Shown: positions 11,114 through 25,200 of the stretch, piece after piece
Numbering within the stretch: position 1 is the stretch's first letter
How the letters are laid out: every line of letters starts with the position of its first letter
Assembly (NCBI RefSeq): GCF_052425735.1
Contig: NC_135759.1
Location: forward strand, 41,106,001 to 41,170,000
Length of the DNA stretch: 64,000 nucleotides
Direction: 5' to 3'
Origin: Oculina patagonica
Lineage: Eukaryota
Notes under the pieces: model-generated
Database searches by the model: none
What the model was told of the DNA's origin: nothing
The model's input: only the letters and a program-made list of their open reading frames with translations
Translations under genes and position numbers: made by a program

Positions 11114-13171
11114 GTAAACTTTGTGTGCAGACTATGCTAGCACGGTACATGCATTTTAACACCACTGTAAATGCTTGCTTGCATACTTGCTTGTTATTAG
11201 ATCACTTTTCATTGTTAGAAAATACAAATGTACATGCACACACAAAAAAATTTAGAACATTTTCTGAAAAGGTACCCCAGGATACCCACTCTTCAACTCA
11301 CAGCTGAAACTAAGGGCCTGTTTACATGATTCCAGAATGACTTCAATTCTGGAATAAGTTCATTCCATCCCTATATATTTCATTGCGTGGAATTTTTGCA
11401 AAACGGAGGCCAATATTTTCTCTGCTGTTGCTTGTTGCTGTATTTGGACATTTTTCTCCCACATAAACTTTAAAAATCAAGTGACTTCCCTTCAAAGTTC
11501 TTTAACCCTTTGACCCCCAAATTTTCTTCAAAAAACGCGTTTTTTAGCCGCTAAACTGAAATTTTGTGCTATTGGTTTACCCAACTCAAAGAGCACTTTT
11601 TTACACCACCTTCATAAAGATTTTGTAAAAATGTAATTTACTTTGTGCACGCAAGCAAAATTTGACTTGTTTTTTTTTTTTTTGCTAACCTCCTTTTTTG
11701 CCCCTTTGCTTCCTTTTTTTTTTCCTCTTATTCTCTCTTTCTCCTCATATGCATCTTTGCCAAAAGTTACACAAGGAACCCTGAAAAGGGGACGACCAAC
11801 AGTGACGCCAGCACCACAAAATAGCCAGCACTACAAAGAACAGTCCTAGAAAGGTCAACAAGCTCTATCCGATTCTTCAGACCACTACCTATATGAAGTC
11901 AAAGGCAGACTGCACCTCCAAATAGCGCTGAATGCGCGTTTAGGAGTGAAAGGGTTAATTTTGTTTTCCCTATCTTTATCAATCATCCAATACTTGTTAC
12001 GTCAATCCTTAAAAATAGAAAAGTCTCCCAAATTTGGTCGGTGCTAGTCAGTTTAATGGCTGGAATTAGTAAGGGATTGTAAACCAATAGGAAATGAAGA
12101 AACATTTTGAATGAATGAATAATAATTATAAAGAAAAAAAATGAATTAATAGAAGACCTGGTTGTTGGTGAGCAATTCAAATTCATTTCATGTGGAGAAG
12201 AGTTGTCCCTGGTAGGAGGGTTATCCTCTCCCCTGTGCCATCTTTAACCAACAGTTTGAATGAAAAAAGTGGTCTCTGCTGATCATGACCGAGACAAAAC
12301 TTGGCCCTCCCGGTTTCATGCATGCTCTGTATGTCCAGACTTGAACCGGGCAGGCGAGTCAAAATAGCCAGAGATTACCTGGAAAAACTTAACTTGCATC
12401 CCCCCCCCCTGCCAAAGGGTCACCCTACCTTCAAAGCAAGTGATCTTCAACCCAGGGTTACCCTCATCACCAACCAAGTATGCAATTTCTCACAAAAACG
12501 ACTTGTAGCTATTTATAAAGGAAAGTAAAAAAAACTCTCTCGCCCAAGGTGGCTTGGTATGGAGGGTAACCCTCCTGCCAGGGACACTTCTCCTCCATAT
12601 AAACAGGCCCTTAATAGCTGTAAGACTCATCAGTGATGTAAAACAAAGAAAGGCTGAGAAAATGAAAACCATGAAACAATATTGAGCGGGGGAAAACAAT
12701 GGCTTGAAAACAAAGTGAAACTTCACAACTGTTCTGGAAAAGTGGCTGGCATTGCCACCACCTTATGCTTATATTATGTAGTAAAAGAGTACTATTTTCA
12801 CAGGCTTGTGGGAAGATGTGGTTCCTAGTCTAGATGATGGTTCGTTTGACGGCATCATGTACGACACATATCCACTGACGGAGGAGACATGGCACACGCA
12901 TCAGTTCATGTTTATCAAGGATCATGCATTCAGACTCCTCAAACCAGGAGGGGTACTAACATATTGTAACCTGACTTCATGGGGAGAGCTGCTAAAGACA
13001 AAATATGACGACATCGAGAAGATGTTTGAGGAAACACAAGTCCCAGAGTTGCTGAAGAGTGGATTCCTAAAGGAGAACATATCAACAGAAGTCATTGAAG
13101 TTGATGTGTCTTGTGATTGCCGCTACTACAGCCACAAGAAAATGATTGCTCCTACCATCGTAAAGCAGTAG
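10777..13171 (+). CDS. GAMT: guanidinoacetate N-methyltransferase; join(10777..11113,12804..13171), ~234 aa
   Basis: Motifs [27 protein letters not shown] (SAM binding), [32 protein letters not shown]; phase-1 GT-AG intron joins PLK-G-LWED in frame. Confidence 0.96.
11506..11954. mobile_element. piggyBac-like MITE in the GAMT intron
   Basis: TTAA|CCCTTT...AAAGGG|TTAA. Confidence 0.7.
12190..12612. mobile_element. degenerate MITE (Harbinger-like ends)
   Basis: Inverted ends TGGAGAAGAGTTGTCCCTGGTAGGAGGGTT / AACCCTCCTGCCAGGGACACTTCTCCTCCA. Confidence 0.55.
12804..13171 (+). CDS. GAMT: GAMT exon 2
   Basis: Acceptor TTTTCACAG|GC; TAG stop. Confidence 0.94.
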
Positions 13172-15789
13172 AAAAAGCTACTCTTGTATTATTTCATGAA
13201 TTGACTTAGTCAGTGTATTAAGATTTTTTACTTGGAATGTGTGGTTCCAGAAAATGTCCATACTCCCCCACAGAAGGGATTGGAAATTCTTGGGGGTGGT
13301 ATGGATAGTTTTTGAAACTACACAATTAAGGTAACCAGAGGACAGCTTTAACACATCTTTCGAGGTATTTTTGTATGTCGACTTCAAGCTTTGAAAAACT
13401 GTTTAAAAAACATTTTAAAGAATTTTATTAAAAAGCTTTATAAGAAACGGTTGCATGGTTAACTTTTGAGGCCTCTGGGCTTTCCGCACAGCCCGAGACA
13501 TTAATTATGCATGCAATTTTCTGACTGACTCGTTCTTTTCATGCTTGTTGTTTGTGTATAGTGATAGTATGAAATGGTTGCATACATAGTTAATGTATGA
13601 AAATCTTCTATAGGGAGTTTGAAGAGGAGAAAATCTACTGGGCAAAGTAGGTGCATGTGGAGTTTTTGTACTCTCTCTCACCACACTCAGCAGACTATAC
13701 CTGACTATTTTGGAAACCCTATTCTGTATTTTCAGATATTTCAACCCAGCAGACTTTCAAAATGTTACGACTCAAAATATTAATAATTATGTGATTTGAA
13801 TCCAATTGGCCATTCTGAAGTTGCCAGGGGACTGGGGCGAGTGTCAGATTTTAAGCAATCAATAATCTGACACCTCCACATAAAAGATCAGGGTAAGATT
13901 CAAATATTGTCCAAGTTTGATGCTTTAAAGATAAATAATGGTTGTCTTGACACATTTTAGAGGGCATTTGAACCAGCTTAAAGCCTCTTAATTTGTTGAA
14001 TGAGTGATTTTCAGTGACTTAGAGTCCAACCTCCAGAGAAATGCCAACAATTAATGCACCCCACCCCCTCCCCCTTTCCCCACCTGGATAGCATATTTTG
14101 TTTCAACTGTCTGTCAAAAAGAGAAGTGAGAGAATGGTTGGTACAGGACACTGCAGGGATTTTTTTATTAAATTTTTATTGATTATTAGAAGAAAAAATG
14201 AAAGTGCACCAAAAAATAAAATACCGGTAACGTGTTTTTCTAAAAATAAGAGAACAGCAAAAAACAAAAACAAAAATAATATACCTACATAGAAGAAGAA
14301 AAATTACATGTAAAGTTGATTAAAATAAGATTCGTTATAGTCCATAAACTAAAGTGACATGTGCAAACTAGGACGCTAAGAAAAAAACTAAGCTGGCTCA
14401 TTTAAAAGCCCAACCGGTCTGGTTATTATACCTTCAAATTTCACCCAAATCTTTGTTTGTGTGAAATTTCAGCTGGTGACAAACTCTCTTTCACTAGTGA
14501 AATAAGCTGGTAGCCTAGCTGCTGCTCTTAGATACATCCCTGACACTGGAGACAAAACCCAGCTGGGTTGTTTGAAACAATTTATTACACTTTTAATGAT
14601 CATGTTTGACATTAAGCTGACAAAACAACCTTCATGAACAATTCGGAATACATCTGTAAGCATTTTGTCACATCTTCCATTAATTTGCATCTAAGAATTC
14701 TGAAGTTCGACCAGGCCAAGGGCTTTAATTAGAGACAAACAATACCAGATCAAATTGACTTTAATACAATAATGCTTTATTATATAATTTTATTATTTTA
14801 CATTCATTTTACAAATTAAATTATTTAACTTCTACAATTCAGGGTTTGGTGAAGGACAAGATGCAATATAATGCATTAACGTGCAATATTTGAGAGTAAT
14901 CTACTAAGTTACTTATGGTTACATTTAAGTTTCCTTGACCAAACTGTTTTTGGTTTTCTGTCTTTCTCTGTAATTTGCTTCCTTGGTACAGGCTGCTCTT
15001 TTTGAAATCTGGGTTTATTTTGAAATTGAATTTTGAAATTCAGTAATTAGGAACCCTCCACTCTAAGTATTTTCAATCCAGATCAAAAACCCATGTCGGG
15101 GTTGATCTTGACATTGGCAGATCTCTAAGTAACACTGCATCTTAAAGCCACTTTTCAGTGGCCCAAATAATAATAATTATTGCTCCGTGGCCACAAAGCC
15201 CCCCCCCCCCCCCCCATCCTCCTCTGCTGTAGTGCATAATAAATTTTTTATTTGGTTCATAATTTTTCAAACCAGTTTGACTTTTATTTTTCATTGTCTC
15301 ATATTCATTATCATAATCTGAAACAAAGGGAACTGAATACAAATCAAACTGGTTTGAAAATTTTTTAAACAAAAGATAAAGCACATGCATAACCCTGTTT
15401 TGCTATCTTCACTCAACATGAAATTTGGGACACTACATGCAGCAACAATCTCACTGAAACAATAGCTAGTACTAGTTGTGTTATGAAACCTACATATTAT
15501 AAAATCATAAACTCTGAAAACATCATGTCTTAGAAAGCTAAGCTGATTTTGTACTGACTGGAAATAAATAACTTGACCAACTGCAATTCCAAGTGAATTT
15601 GATGTCAAAAGCAGTCTGAAGCGTTCATTAATCACCAAGATCATTTTAATTGATGAGGTCAACATCAAATGAATATTATTATGTACCACTGACTTCATGT
15701 CAAACAACTTGTACAGACTGTTGTTTAAACAACACTATTGACAACTCTTTTTCATTATTTCCATGGTACATGATAACATCTACAGTATA

Positions 15790-15977
15790 TGGTGTGGTTC
15801 CAAGAAATATCCATACCTCCCCCAAGGATGGTTTTTAGGTTTTCACCCTCCCACTTCCCTGGAATTTCCAATTTATCTTCACACTTTCCCATATAATTTT
15901 TTGCTATTGAGACCTCCCCCCCAGAATTTCCAATGACCATCCTTGGGGCGGGTGTGGATATTTACAGGAACTACACA
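15790..15977. mobile_element. MITE of the GTGGTTCCAGAAAATATCCATACC family (also ~13238-13323 and ~35920-36722)
   Basis: Inverted ends; repeated three times in the window. Confidence 0.65.
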
Positions 15978-16192
15978 TAATATATTTTTTATGTACATTA
16001 TGATCTTAATTATATGATTTTTGTGACCTAGTCTGGACACAAACACTTAACTATAATGCCTTAATCTTAACAATTTTATTTGAGCCATGCTAAAAAATTT
16101 GGGTAATTAAATGGCCTTATGTAAGAACAGCCCATTTTTCCTCTGACATTTTATTTACAATTTATCATTTTTCCATGGCCACCAATTTGTTT

Positions 16193-16264
16193 TTAAGACT
16201 TGATTAAGTACTTTGGGGGCTGGAAATCAAATGACGTGTAGAACAACAAATAACCAGCTGAGGT
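16193..16264 (-). CDS. USP8: USP8 exon 17 (terminal)
   Basis: TSAGYLLFYTSFDFQPPKYLIKS*. Confidence 0.92.
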   Translation of the reverse strand, partial: TSAGYLLFYTSFDFQPPKYLIKS

Positions 16265-19200
16265 CTGCAAAGGAAAGAAAGATTTTCTTATACATGCATA
16301 TTATACGAAGGTAATTCAGTAGGTACAGTATACAAAATTTAATATACCTTACTTTTTCTACTTTGCAAAAAAAATCAAGACCACATTTATGGAAATAAAA
16401 ACTCATCTGTCAGATTTATTCTTCTCAAATTTGAAATGAATGGCTAGGGGAAAAGTGTTATTTAATTCCAACATGCAAGTTGGTAGTCCAACCTTTACAA
16501 GTAATTTTCTTGACAAGAAATATTTTAACTGGGCCGGGTTGTTCAAAGCATGTTTAACCTAATCTAGGATTAGTGTTAGTTTTGATTTCAGCGTTTTAAC
16601 TTTTCAATGAGGTTTTCTGCTTATTTTCTGTCCTACAGTTTTGTTCTCAATTAAATCGCAAACTCCATAGTTCATAAGAAAGAGAAACTGAACACTTGAT
16701 CAACTTTTTATCCTGGGTTAGTGTTAATCGGCTTTCAGACAATCCGACCCTGGAGAGCAAGTATGATGCACTTATAATTACTGTGGATAACTGCTTGCCT
16801 CCTACCAGTGTGGTTCAGGTTTGATTCCTAAGTGAAGATTCATGTGTGTGTCGCATTTTGTTCTGTTATTATTGGTTCTTACCTTGCTCAGAGGTACAGT
16901 ATAATGGAAGAACTATTACTTGGTGTTTGATATGGAAAGACAAGGTAATTGTCTCATGTGTGTCTTTGTCTATCACCAACAACATAATCTTGTAAAGTAC
17001 TTACAGCATGAAAAAGTACAAGGTTCTGACAAACACAGCATCCTGTGATCTCCTGTGTGTTCAGTTTATGACTGTGATCACACTGTCAATTTGTAGCAAG
17101 CCAAAGAAAAGACACAGGCCGCCCAGACGTGGTATTCGATTTATGTGATTGAGAATGATGTGTATGAGAATACTTTGAAAATTGCTCTAAATAGTACTTG
17201 TATGAACGATTTGAATAAAAATGTCTTACGTTATGTTTATCTTGCGTTATTTTGACATTTCTGTGCTTCTGGAGTGGGTTTAAAGCCGTTTAGACAAGTT
17301 TTTTTTTCTCTTTAGGGGAAGCACAATGTAGGAAAGAAAAACTTGTCTAAATGGCTTTAAACCCACTCCTGGGCGGCCTGTGGAAAAGACTATAAAGACT
17401 ATGAACAGTAAAACTAAAAGAAGATGTAGAAGACATACCACAACATCTCTGGGCGACATCTCAGTAACATACTGGTCATCAAACTTGTACCACTTCCTGT
17501 CGTAAACACTCTTGCAGAATGCCGTGTAGTGTCCACCATGCATGGTCCCATAATGATTGGATACGGCATGCAAGTTGTAACGTGTTGTGGACTTTGGACC
17601 CACTACAGAGCTGGACATGTCCAGTTGTGACATGGGAAAGGACACGCTTGTTTGAAGTTTTTGACGCCACATCCCTTCATACTGAAATCTACAAAAAATA
17701 TAAACAATATCACTATGCCTACCTGGTGAACTTTTTAGGCCTGGTTCACGCTAGTGACATAATGGCATAACAGCAAGGTCATGAAAACACAAAAATCACC
17801 TTGCATTGATGTTTTTTGCCACAAGTGTGAACAACACAACATAGCAGACATGGATTGGTATCATTGAAACATAGATGAATGTATTGCAAAAAAAAAAAAA
17901 AACATAGATGAATGTATTGCAAGCTGATGTAAGAGAAGTTGCTCTTAACCCCTTGCCTACCAAGGACGTATATATACGTCCTATTTGTTGTCATGGAACG
18001 ACCGAGGACGTATATATACGTCCTCAACCAAAGGACACCACTGAAAGCCTGGTTGTTCGCGATGCCTTGAATAAATCATCCCTGGTTGTTGAGAAAGATC
18101 TGGCACTACTTTTGAAAGACCGCTGACCCCCAAAAATTGCTTTTTGTTCTGAAAATTTTCAAAATGGCTTGTGTGCGTGAAGCCAAAATGGACACAGATG
18201 AAGCTATTGCTCAAAAAATTGGCAATTGTGACTGTGATGTAAGCGATTTAAGTCACAGCAAATTTGAGCCAAGTAATTCTGAAGAGTTTGAACAAAAAGA
18301 AGAAGAAGGTGTCAAGGAAGAAGTTTCAATCGATCGAAGATATTGAACCTCCAAATGCACATGGTCAAGGCGATTTCTCGGGAGCTGTACAAGGCAACTG
18401 TACAGTATGAGAACGCGGAGAAGGCAGAGGAATTCATTTTAAATGCTTAATATAGGTGTACATTAATATTTTATCTGAAAAGATGCCATTGTTTAGCCAA
18501 ATTGAGAATCTCATTAAAGATTCAATATGGCCGCTGGTCGCTTAGTGTGTTTGGCTCTGGTAGGCAAGGGGTTAATATTACCGTTTGAGGTGTACCACAA
18601 GGATGGCTGGTAGCCTCCAGATCTGAATTGTTTTGCTGGCTTCCCTTCTTTGTTGGCATCTTGGACAAAACCTGTAATGAAAAATGTAAAGAAAACTTGT
18701 CACTGTTGAAACTAAATAAATATGTAGAACAACATGGCCACCACATTCCCTTACACCCATTTAGACATAACCATAGAATCAGGCTTTTAGCCAGGATTTA
18801 AAAAGTGGGAGTCCAAAGGCCTGACTTTGTCCCCATAAGAGGGCCTGAGGAGCATGCAAGGTGTTTTTCGGCAGTTATGAGTGCAAATGTCTCTAAAGAT
18901 TTCCAAATTTGCTAAAAATTAATAACCTCTATATACAGTTATTCATATTAATTTTATCTGAAAAGTGACTATCCATAGGAATCCTGGACTCCCACCTGGC
19001 TTAAAGCCTGGATAGAAGTGCCTGGTGAGTGACAGTCAAACCCAGGACTATGATCAAAATTTAACATACTGCTTCACTCACCATTTGTCATCTCCTGACA
19101 TTTTCTCAGGTTTTGTAAACAAGGTCAGGCAATCCTAAAATAAATTTAAATAAATCTAAAAAAATAATATGACTGTACTAGGTAATTTAATAATAATTTG

Positions 19201-22200
19201 CCCCTATTGAATTTAAAATAGTACATAATAAACTAAACCTTCCTGCTTATTACCCATACAATTGTCACTAATAGTATTATCATCACAAATTAGTCACTGT
19301 AAAAGAGACTAGTCAAGATTGAAGTTTAAAATGTAAAATTGGGTATGATTGGCAACATTTTTCAAATTGGACAAATAATGAATAATGGATCACAAAAAGT
19401 GAAACAATATTTGATGAACATGCCGGAATTTGATTTAAAATTATACATTTCTTTAACAACCTTGCACACAAATATTACAATTTTTAAATCTAACCTAAAG
19501 ACATATTTTTTCAGAAAGCATATGACTTGTTTTAATATTTTTAATCTTTTATCGTTGTAATTTTTTTTACAAATATTTTTAATAGTTTGTCTTTTTTATA
19601 TTTTAACTTATAGGATTTTAACTTATCTGTAAAGCGCTTTAGAATAATTTTTATATAATTTTAGCGCTATATAAATTAGATTATTATTATTATAACAAGC
19701 TTAAATATCAATATATTGCAGTTAGGCTTGTGTGAAAATGTTGATTTATACCATGCCATAGAAAATACAGCCAATCAGAATACAGGAAAGCCGTTGTATA
19801 TTCGACGGTATTCAACCCAACCTTCCCATCGTGCGCTGCGATTGTATTCTCGACGAAATTTAGTGAGCGTATTTTCTATGGCATGGTATAAAATAGTTAC
19901 ACAACACTTTCTCATGGTATACTATGGAATATCCCACGAGTCACTTGTATTTTCTTGGTATACTCACTCGCCTAAAGGCTCGTATGTATACCAAGAAAAT
20001 ACAAGTGACTCGTGGGATATGCCATAGTATACCACTTGAAAGCGTTGCATAACTAGTATGAATTTTATAAACACAAAAGTCTCCAAAATGCACAGATAGT
20101 TATATCCTTGGACATTATTTTCCTTGTGAGTTGTCTGTTTTTGTCAAGCTACACTCTTAATTTTAAACTGTTCACTTCTTGGAACAAGATTATGTCAGTA
20201 GAGAAATTTATATCCAAGGCATGCTGTCTTTGCATCAAAATATGGATGTTATTTATATTTTATATTACCTGGAGTGTACAACGACTTGCATTTGATGGCA
20301 GTGGAAGGGTAAGGTTAGAAAAAGTGTCAAAAGTTCTGGATTCTTTACTACAGACCATACATTTTACAGTTGACATGAACAAACCCTGAAATTACAAAAT
20401 GAGTATACAATCAATAAAATGGACTAATCATATCAATAACAAAATTAGTTCTGCATGTACTGTGTCATACTTGGGACAAAACCAAAATAAGTTTATTTTG
20501 ATAATCAAAAGAGCAATCAAATTCCTGACATCAGTTGACCATGACCTTCATGACCTTCTATGACCTTCTTGTATCTACATGGCCAAATATTTAAAGAAGC
20601 TGTCCTACTGCATCAGAACACAGGCTTACCATCCTCTGTTTGTGAGGTCAGTAAAATTTTAAGCTTCCTTAAATCTGCTTTTACGGCCGTGTATTTGTAA
20701 TAAAATGAGATAGAAATATTTTTGCATTGTTAAGTGCGAGAGCAGTTTCATGAGTTTAAGTATTTGAATCGTGTACAGAATACAAATATTTACACAAGGC
20801 GTGCAACTTCGATATCGAAGAATTCGGTACCGCCTCCAGAATGTAGCCCAAAAAACATACTTCCTTGACTCGCTTTTCAGTGTCAAAGTTCATACACCTC
20901 ATACTCCATCTACAGTATTGCTTCTACAAGGAATAAATATTTGACTGAAGAAAAAGTTTCAGATGTCATCTTACATCAAACAACTCCACCATAATTGATC
21001 GATTTCTCTTCTTGTGGTTTTCCCAAGCAATCGTGGCAGCTGTTGGAGGGTCTAGATCATCACCAGGTGCCTTAAGATATGGCTTGTTCTTCACCTACAG
21101 GATACATAACATGGTACTACTCTTTAACCCAAGGAAGGTAGGTAGGAAGGCAGGGAGCGAGGGAGGAAGAGAGGAAGGTAGGTAGGTAGGTAAGGTGGTA
21201 GGTAAATATGTAGGGAGGGAGGAAGGCAGGCAGGCAAGCAAGAAGGAAGGAAGGAATATATATCAAAACTACGTACCGGTAACTAGCATACACAATGGAC
21301 ATTTGGTTTAAAATTATCAACTTAGACACTCTTCACAAGCAAATACCACTAGGACTGTGTTTATGGCCGTCTGCTAATGAAAATGTCTGTTAAAAGGCAT
21401 CAGATAACACCACGCCACTGCCACTGCCAATACCAATACCACCACCACCACCACCACCACGTTGACTACGACAACGGCTACAACTACGACTACTACAGAC
21501 AGATTTCTGACTGTTGTTTCCCACTGATGTATTTTTAATGGAGAAAAATAACAGCTGAAAATTATCTATCTGTGTGTCTTCACAGGCCTTGTTGATTATT
21601 AATGGTGTTAAGGACCAGAGTTCAGGACCAGCAATGTTGTCCAATAAACGTCTGATTAACACTCTATTTGTAAGTGTCATCATCATCACAACAACACAAC
21701 TAAATCACCTTGAGCATCCAAGCCCTGGGCAAGAGAGCTTACTACATCCAAGGATTAGGTTGAGGAATAATGGGCTGCAGGCAACACATCAAGACACCTA
21801 GCTGATTGGCATACATGTGCACCATACCTAACATGTGTAGCCCCCCCCCCCACCCCCCCCCCTCAAAAAAAAAAAAAAGTTTAATACCAAGAGTACCTTG
21901 TTGAGATCCTCTTGTAAGCCATCCATCAAAAAAGCCAGCAGTTCTTGGGAATCCTGTTGATCATACCCTGAGAACTGGGATTTGAACTTTCCAACTGTTC
22001 TTTTGAAATCTCCAGGGGACACACACTTGAATTGTCCAGAATGCAAAACTCTGACAAGTACTGAAAAGCTTTCAGCTAGTTCCCCTGAAAAATATTTTGC
22101 TCAGTTATAGTGATGCACTGCATCACTTAATGATAAAGGGTTTTTTTTTCAGTTGGAACATTGTGGTAGGTTTGGAATCTTTCCTTGCAAGGATTTTGAA

Positions 22201-25200
22201 TGCAGTAAATATAAAATGTTGTGCTGCATGATTATCCTACGTTAAGTTAGAAAAAATACTTGCATAATACTCAAAAGACGAGAGTCTAATAAAACAAATT
22301 TGAAAACGTATCAAGTATTATGGTGTGCTCATAGCTGTATGGTGTTTTGCCTTCTTTGTATGTTAACCACAATAATGAAGTTGCTATAATGTGGGAAAAT
22401 ATCATTTTCGGACTAGAGGTTTTCCTTTTTTAAAATGGCTGTGTCAGACACATACATACATTCAAACCTTAATTATGCCCATCAAATTATAGCTCTAGAA
22501 TAACAATTAAAGGTATTGCATGAAAAACTTGACAAAGTTCATCCCATAACTTACAGTTTATTATGAAAAAAAAAAAAAATTTAAAAAACATGAATTTTCA
22601 ACTGCTATCACCTACCCCTTGTACCATCTCGATTAAACCTGTTGATATCTTCCATGTATGCACCTGAAATGAAAAAAGCAGAAAGCGGGGCAACACTGCT
22701 TAAGCACTGTACAACAGAGTTCATATAACAAGTATTTCCCAGGTTACGGAGTCCTGTTAATGCTGCTCCCAGACCACCATAGCTGGGGTTAAAGCTGTCC
22801 AACTGGTTGGCTGACAAGGGCTTTGCACTGCGGTTTATAACCGGCCTAGCTGGTCCTGTTTGTCCAGGGTCTGGTTTTGATAAGCGATCTATTATTGGTG
22901 TCTTTGGACCAGAAGTGCCTTGATCACTGAGCTTTTTAAGGTTTGGTGATGAATTTGACCTGCGCAACAATGGTCGATCCACTGAAGATTGTCTCTTTAT
23001 AGCAGGCTGCTGCTTTTGCCCACTAGACTGTGGTGCAGCAGCTTTTGTCCCTGTTGTGGGCGGTTGCCAATGTGTTGACTGGGTATTGTTATCTTTATAG
23101 TACACTTTCCCTCCACTTTCAACCTTCTCCCAGCCAGGTGGCAGCCCTGTTGCACCACCAGATTGTGGCGCAACAGCATTTTTCCCTGTTATGGGTGGTT
23201 TCCAATGTGTTGACTGAGTATTGTGATCTTTATAGTACACTTTCCCTCCACTTTCAATCCTCTCCCATCCAGGTGGCAATCCCGGTGTAGTTACATGGGT
23301 GGTTGGCTTTTTGGGTACAGAGTTTTGGGAAGGTTTTGAAGCATTTTGTTCAGCTGGAAGTGTTGGGTCACTATCTGGCTGTTTAGTGGCTCCACTAGGA
23401 CCAACTTGGGCTGGCTTCTGAGGTGAATGATGAGCACTTCCTGGGGAAGGAACTTGACTGGCATTAATGCTGTGGTTATCTCTTGGATATGCCTTGGGGA
23501 TGGATGTGGGGGTCACCTGATTAAGTTGTGCTGTTGAAAGGGAAGACTGTCCAGGAACTTGACTGCCACCATGCGGCACTTGATATACTGATGGTACTTG
23601 TGACTGGTTTCCTGGCTGTACACTTTGTGCCACTTGATGAGGCACTTGGCCAGGAACAGTGGGCACCACCCCCCTGGGGCCTTGTAAATGTGCAGTCGAT
23701 TTTGAAGACAGCTGAGGTCCTTCAGGGGGAGACGAAGGAGACACCGTTGGAGTTATCTGCAATGAAGTTGTGGGATGCCCTTGGCTAGCTAAAGAAGATG
23801 TAGAACTCACACTTGCAGGCTGAACCTCAGGAGCTGACAGGTTCGATGGCACAGTAGGTTGTGAGCCAGTAGGTTGTGATGGTAAAAAGCCAGGGTGAGC
23901 AGATGGCATGCTTGAAGGGCTTGAGAATGGCACAGCAGGTTGTGAAAATGGCTTTGGAACAGCTGCACTTGGTAAAGAAGACGTTTGGGTGGTTGGTGCC
24001 ATTGGAGAAGCTGAGTTAGGAGTAGCTTGAAAAATTGGTTGTCTTGAAGGATGTGGCACTGTATTTGGTGGCGGACCTGGTGGCCTAGATCCCACTGGAT
24101 TTGGAATAACTGTTTGAGGGGCTACTCCCATTGAAGGCTGCTGTCCTGATGCTGAAAATGGTGCCATCGCCGGTTGCAATAATGGAGCCCCAGGCTGGGA
24201 GGGTGGTATGTTCATTGGACCTATTTTTGGAGAACCAATCTGGGATGATCCTGTTTCAGATAGTCCTGGCAATGTAACACCTGTCTGAGATTGTGAGGAT
24301 GGGACTTTTGGAGGAAATCCTGATTGATCAAACTTTGTGCCAGCTCTTTGTCCTGGACTAGAACCTGCTGAAGAAGCTCTACCTCCGGGTAGTGGTCCTG
24401 GTGTTGGTGCATTAGCATTAGATTGGAAAGGTGCTGGGGAGGATGATGGCACTGAATTATTTTGTTCAGTACTGCCTTTTGGGTTAACAAGTGGGCCATT
24501 CACATTTTCAACACCTACAACAGGAAGAACTGGATACTGAAGGCTGCTGTTAATGTGATCAGTTTCAGGAGATGGTGGCAACTGAGGTGCTACTTTTTCC
24601 TCTTCTGGAAGTTCAGGATAGTCAAGTGATGATAGGTCTACAGGTGTTACAGCTTTAGGTTGTGGCTGCACCTGAAAATATGGAATGCTGTATGTTAGAA
24701 GAATTAAAAAAAAAAACAGAGGACCCCCTTTCCTGGAAGGAAAAACACCTACTCCCCAAAGAAAGGCTGCAGTATAGACAAATGGCAAACAGCCATCAAC
24801 AAATTAAAGCAGCTGGCAATTTAACACACAGACAATACTGTTGCTTCTTTAAATTTAGGTTCGGTCCATCAGCAATGCATTAGAGTTACAGTACATCCTC
24901 AATGGCAAAATTGATCCAAAACAGTTTTTCACTGATTTATAAACTCTAGATGATTACCTTCCATCTCCAGTTTTTGTGCAGTTCTGGTGTGTTTTGAATA
25001 TACTTGTAATGATGTGTTCATCTACTTAGTTTCAAGCAACATTTACCTTTGGTAGTTCTGCTTTCAAAGCTACAGATGGATAATGCCAAAGCCAGCTATG
25101 GAATCCACCATCCAGGAACAGTGGTTCGCGCTTTAAGGAGCTGTATGAATCAAAGGTGAATATCACATCTTTGAGCCTTTGAATTCGACATTCAGGTTTA

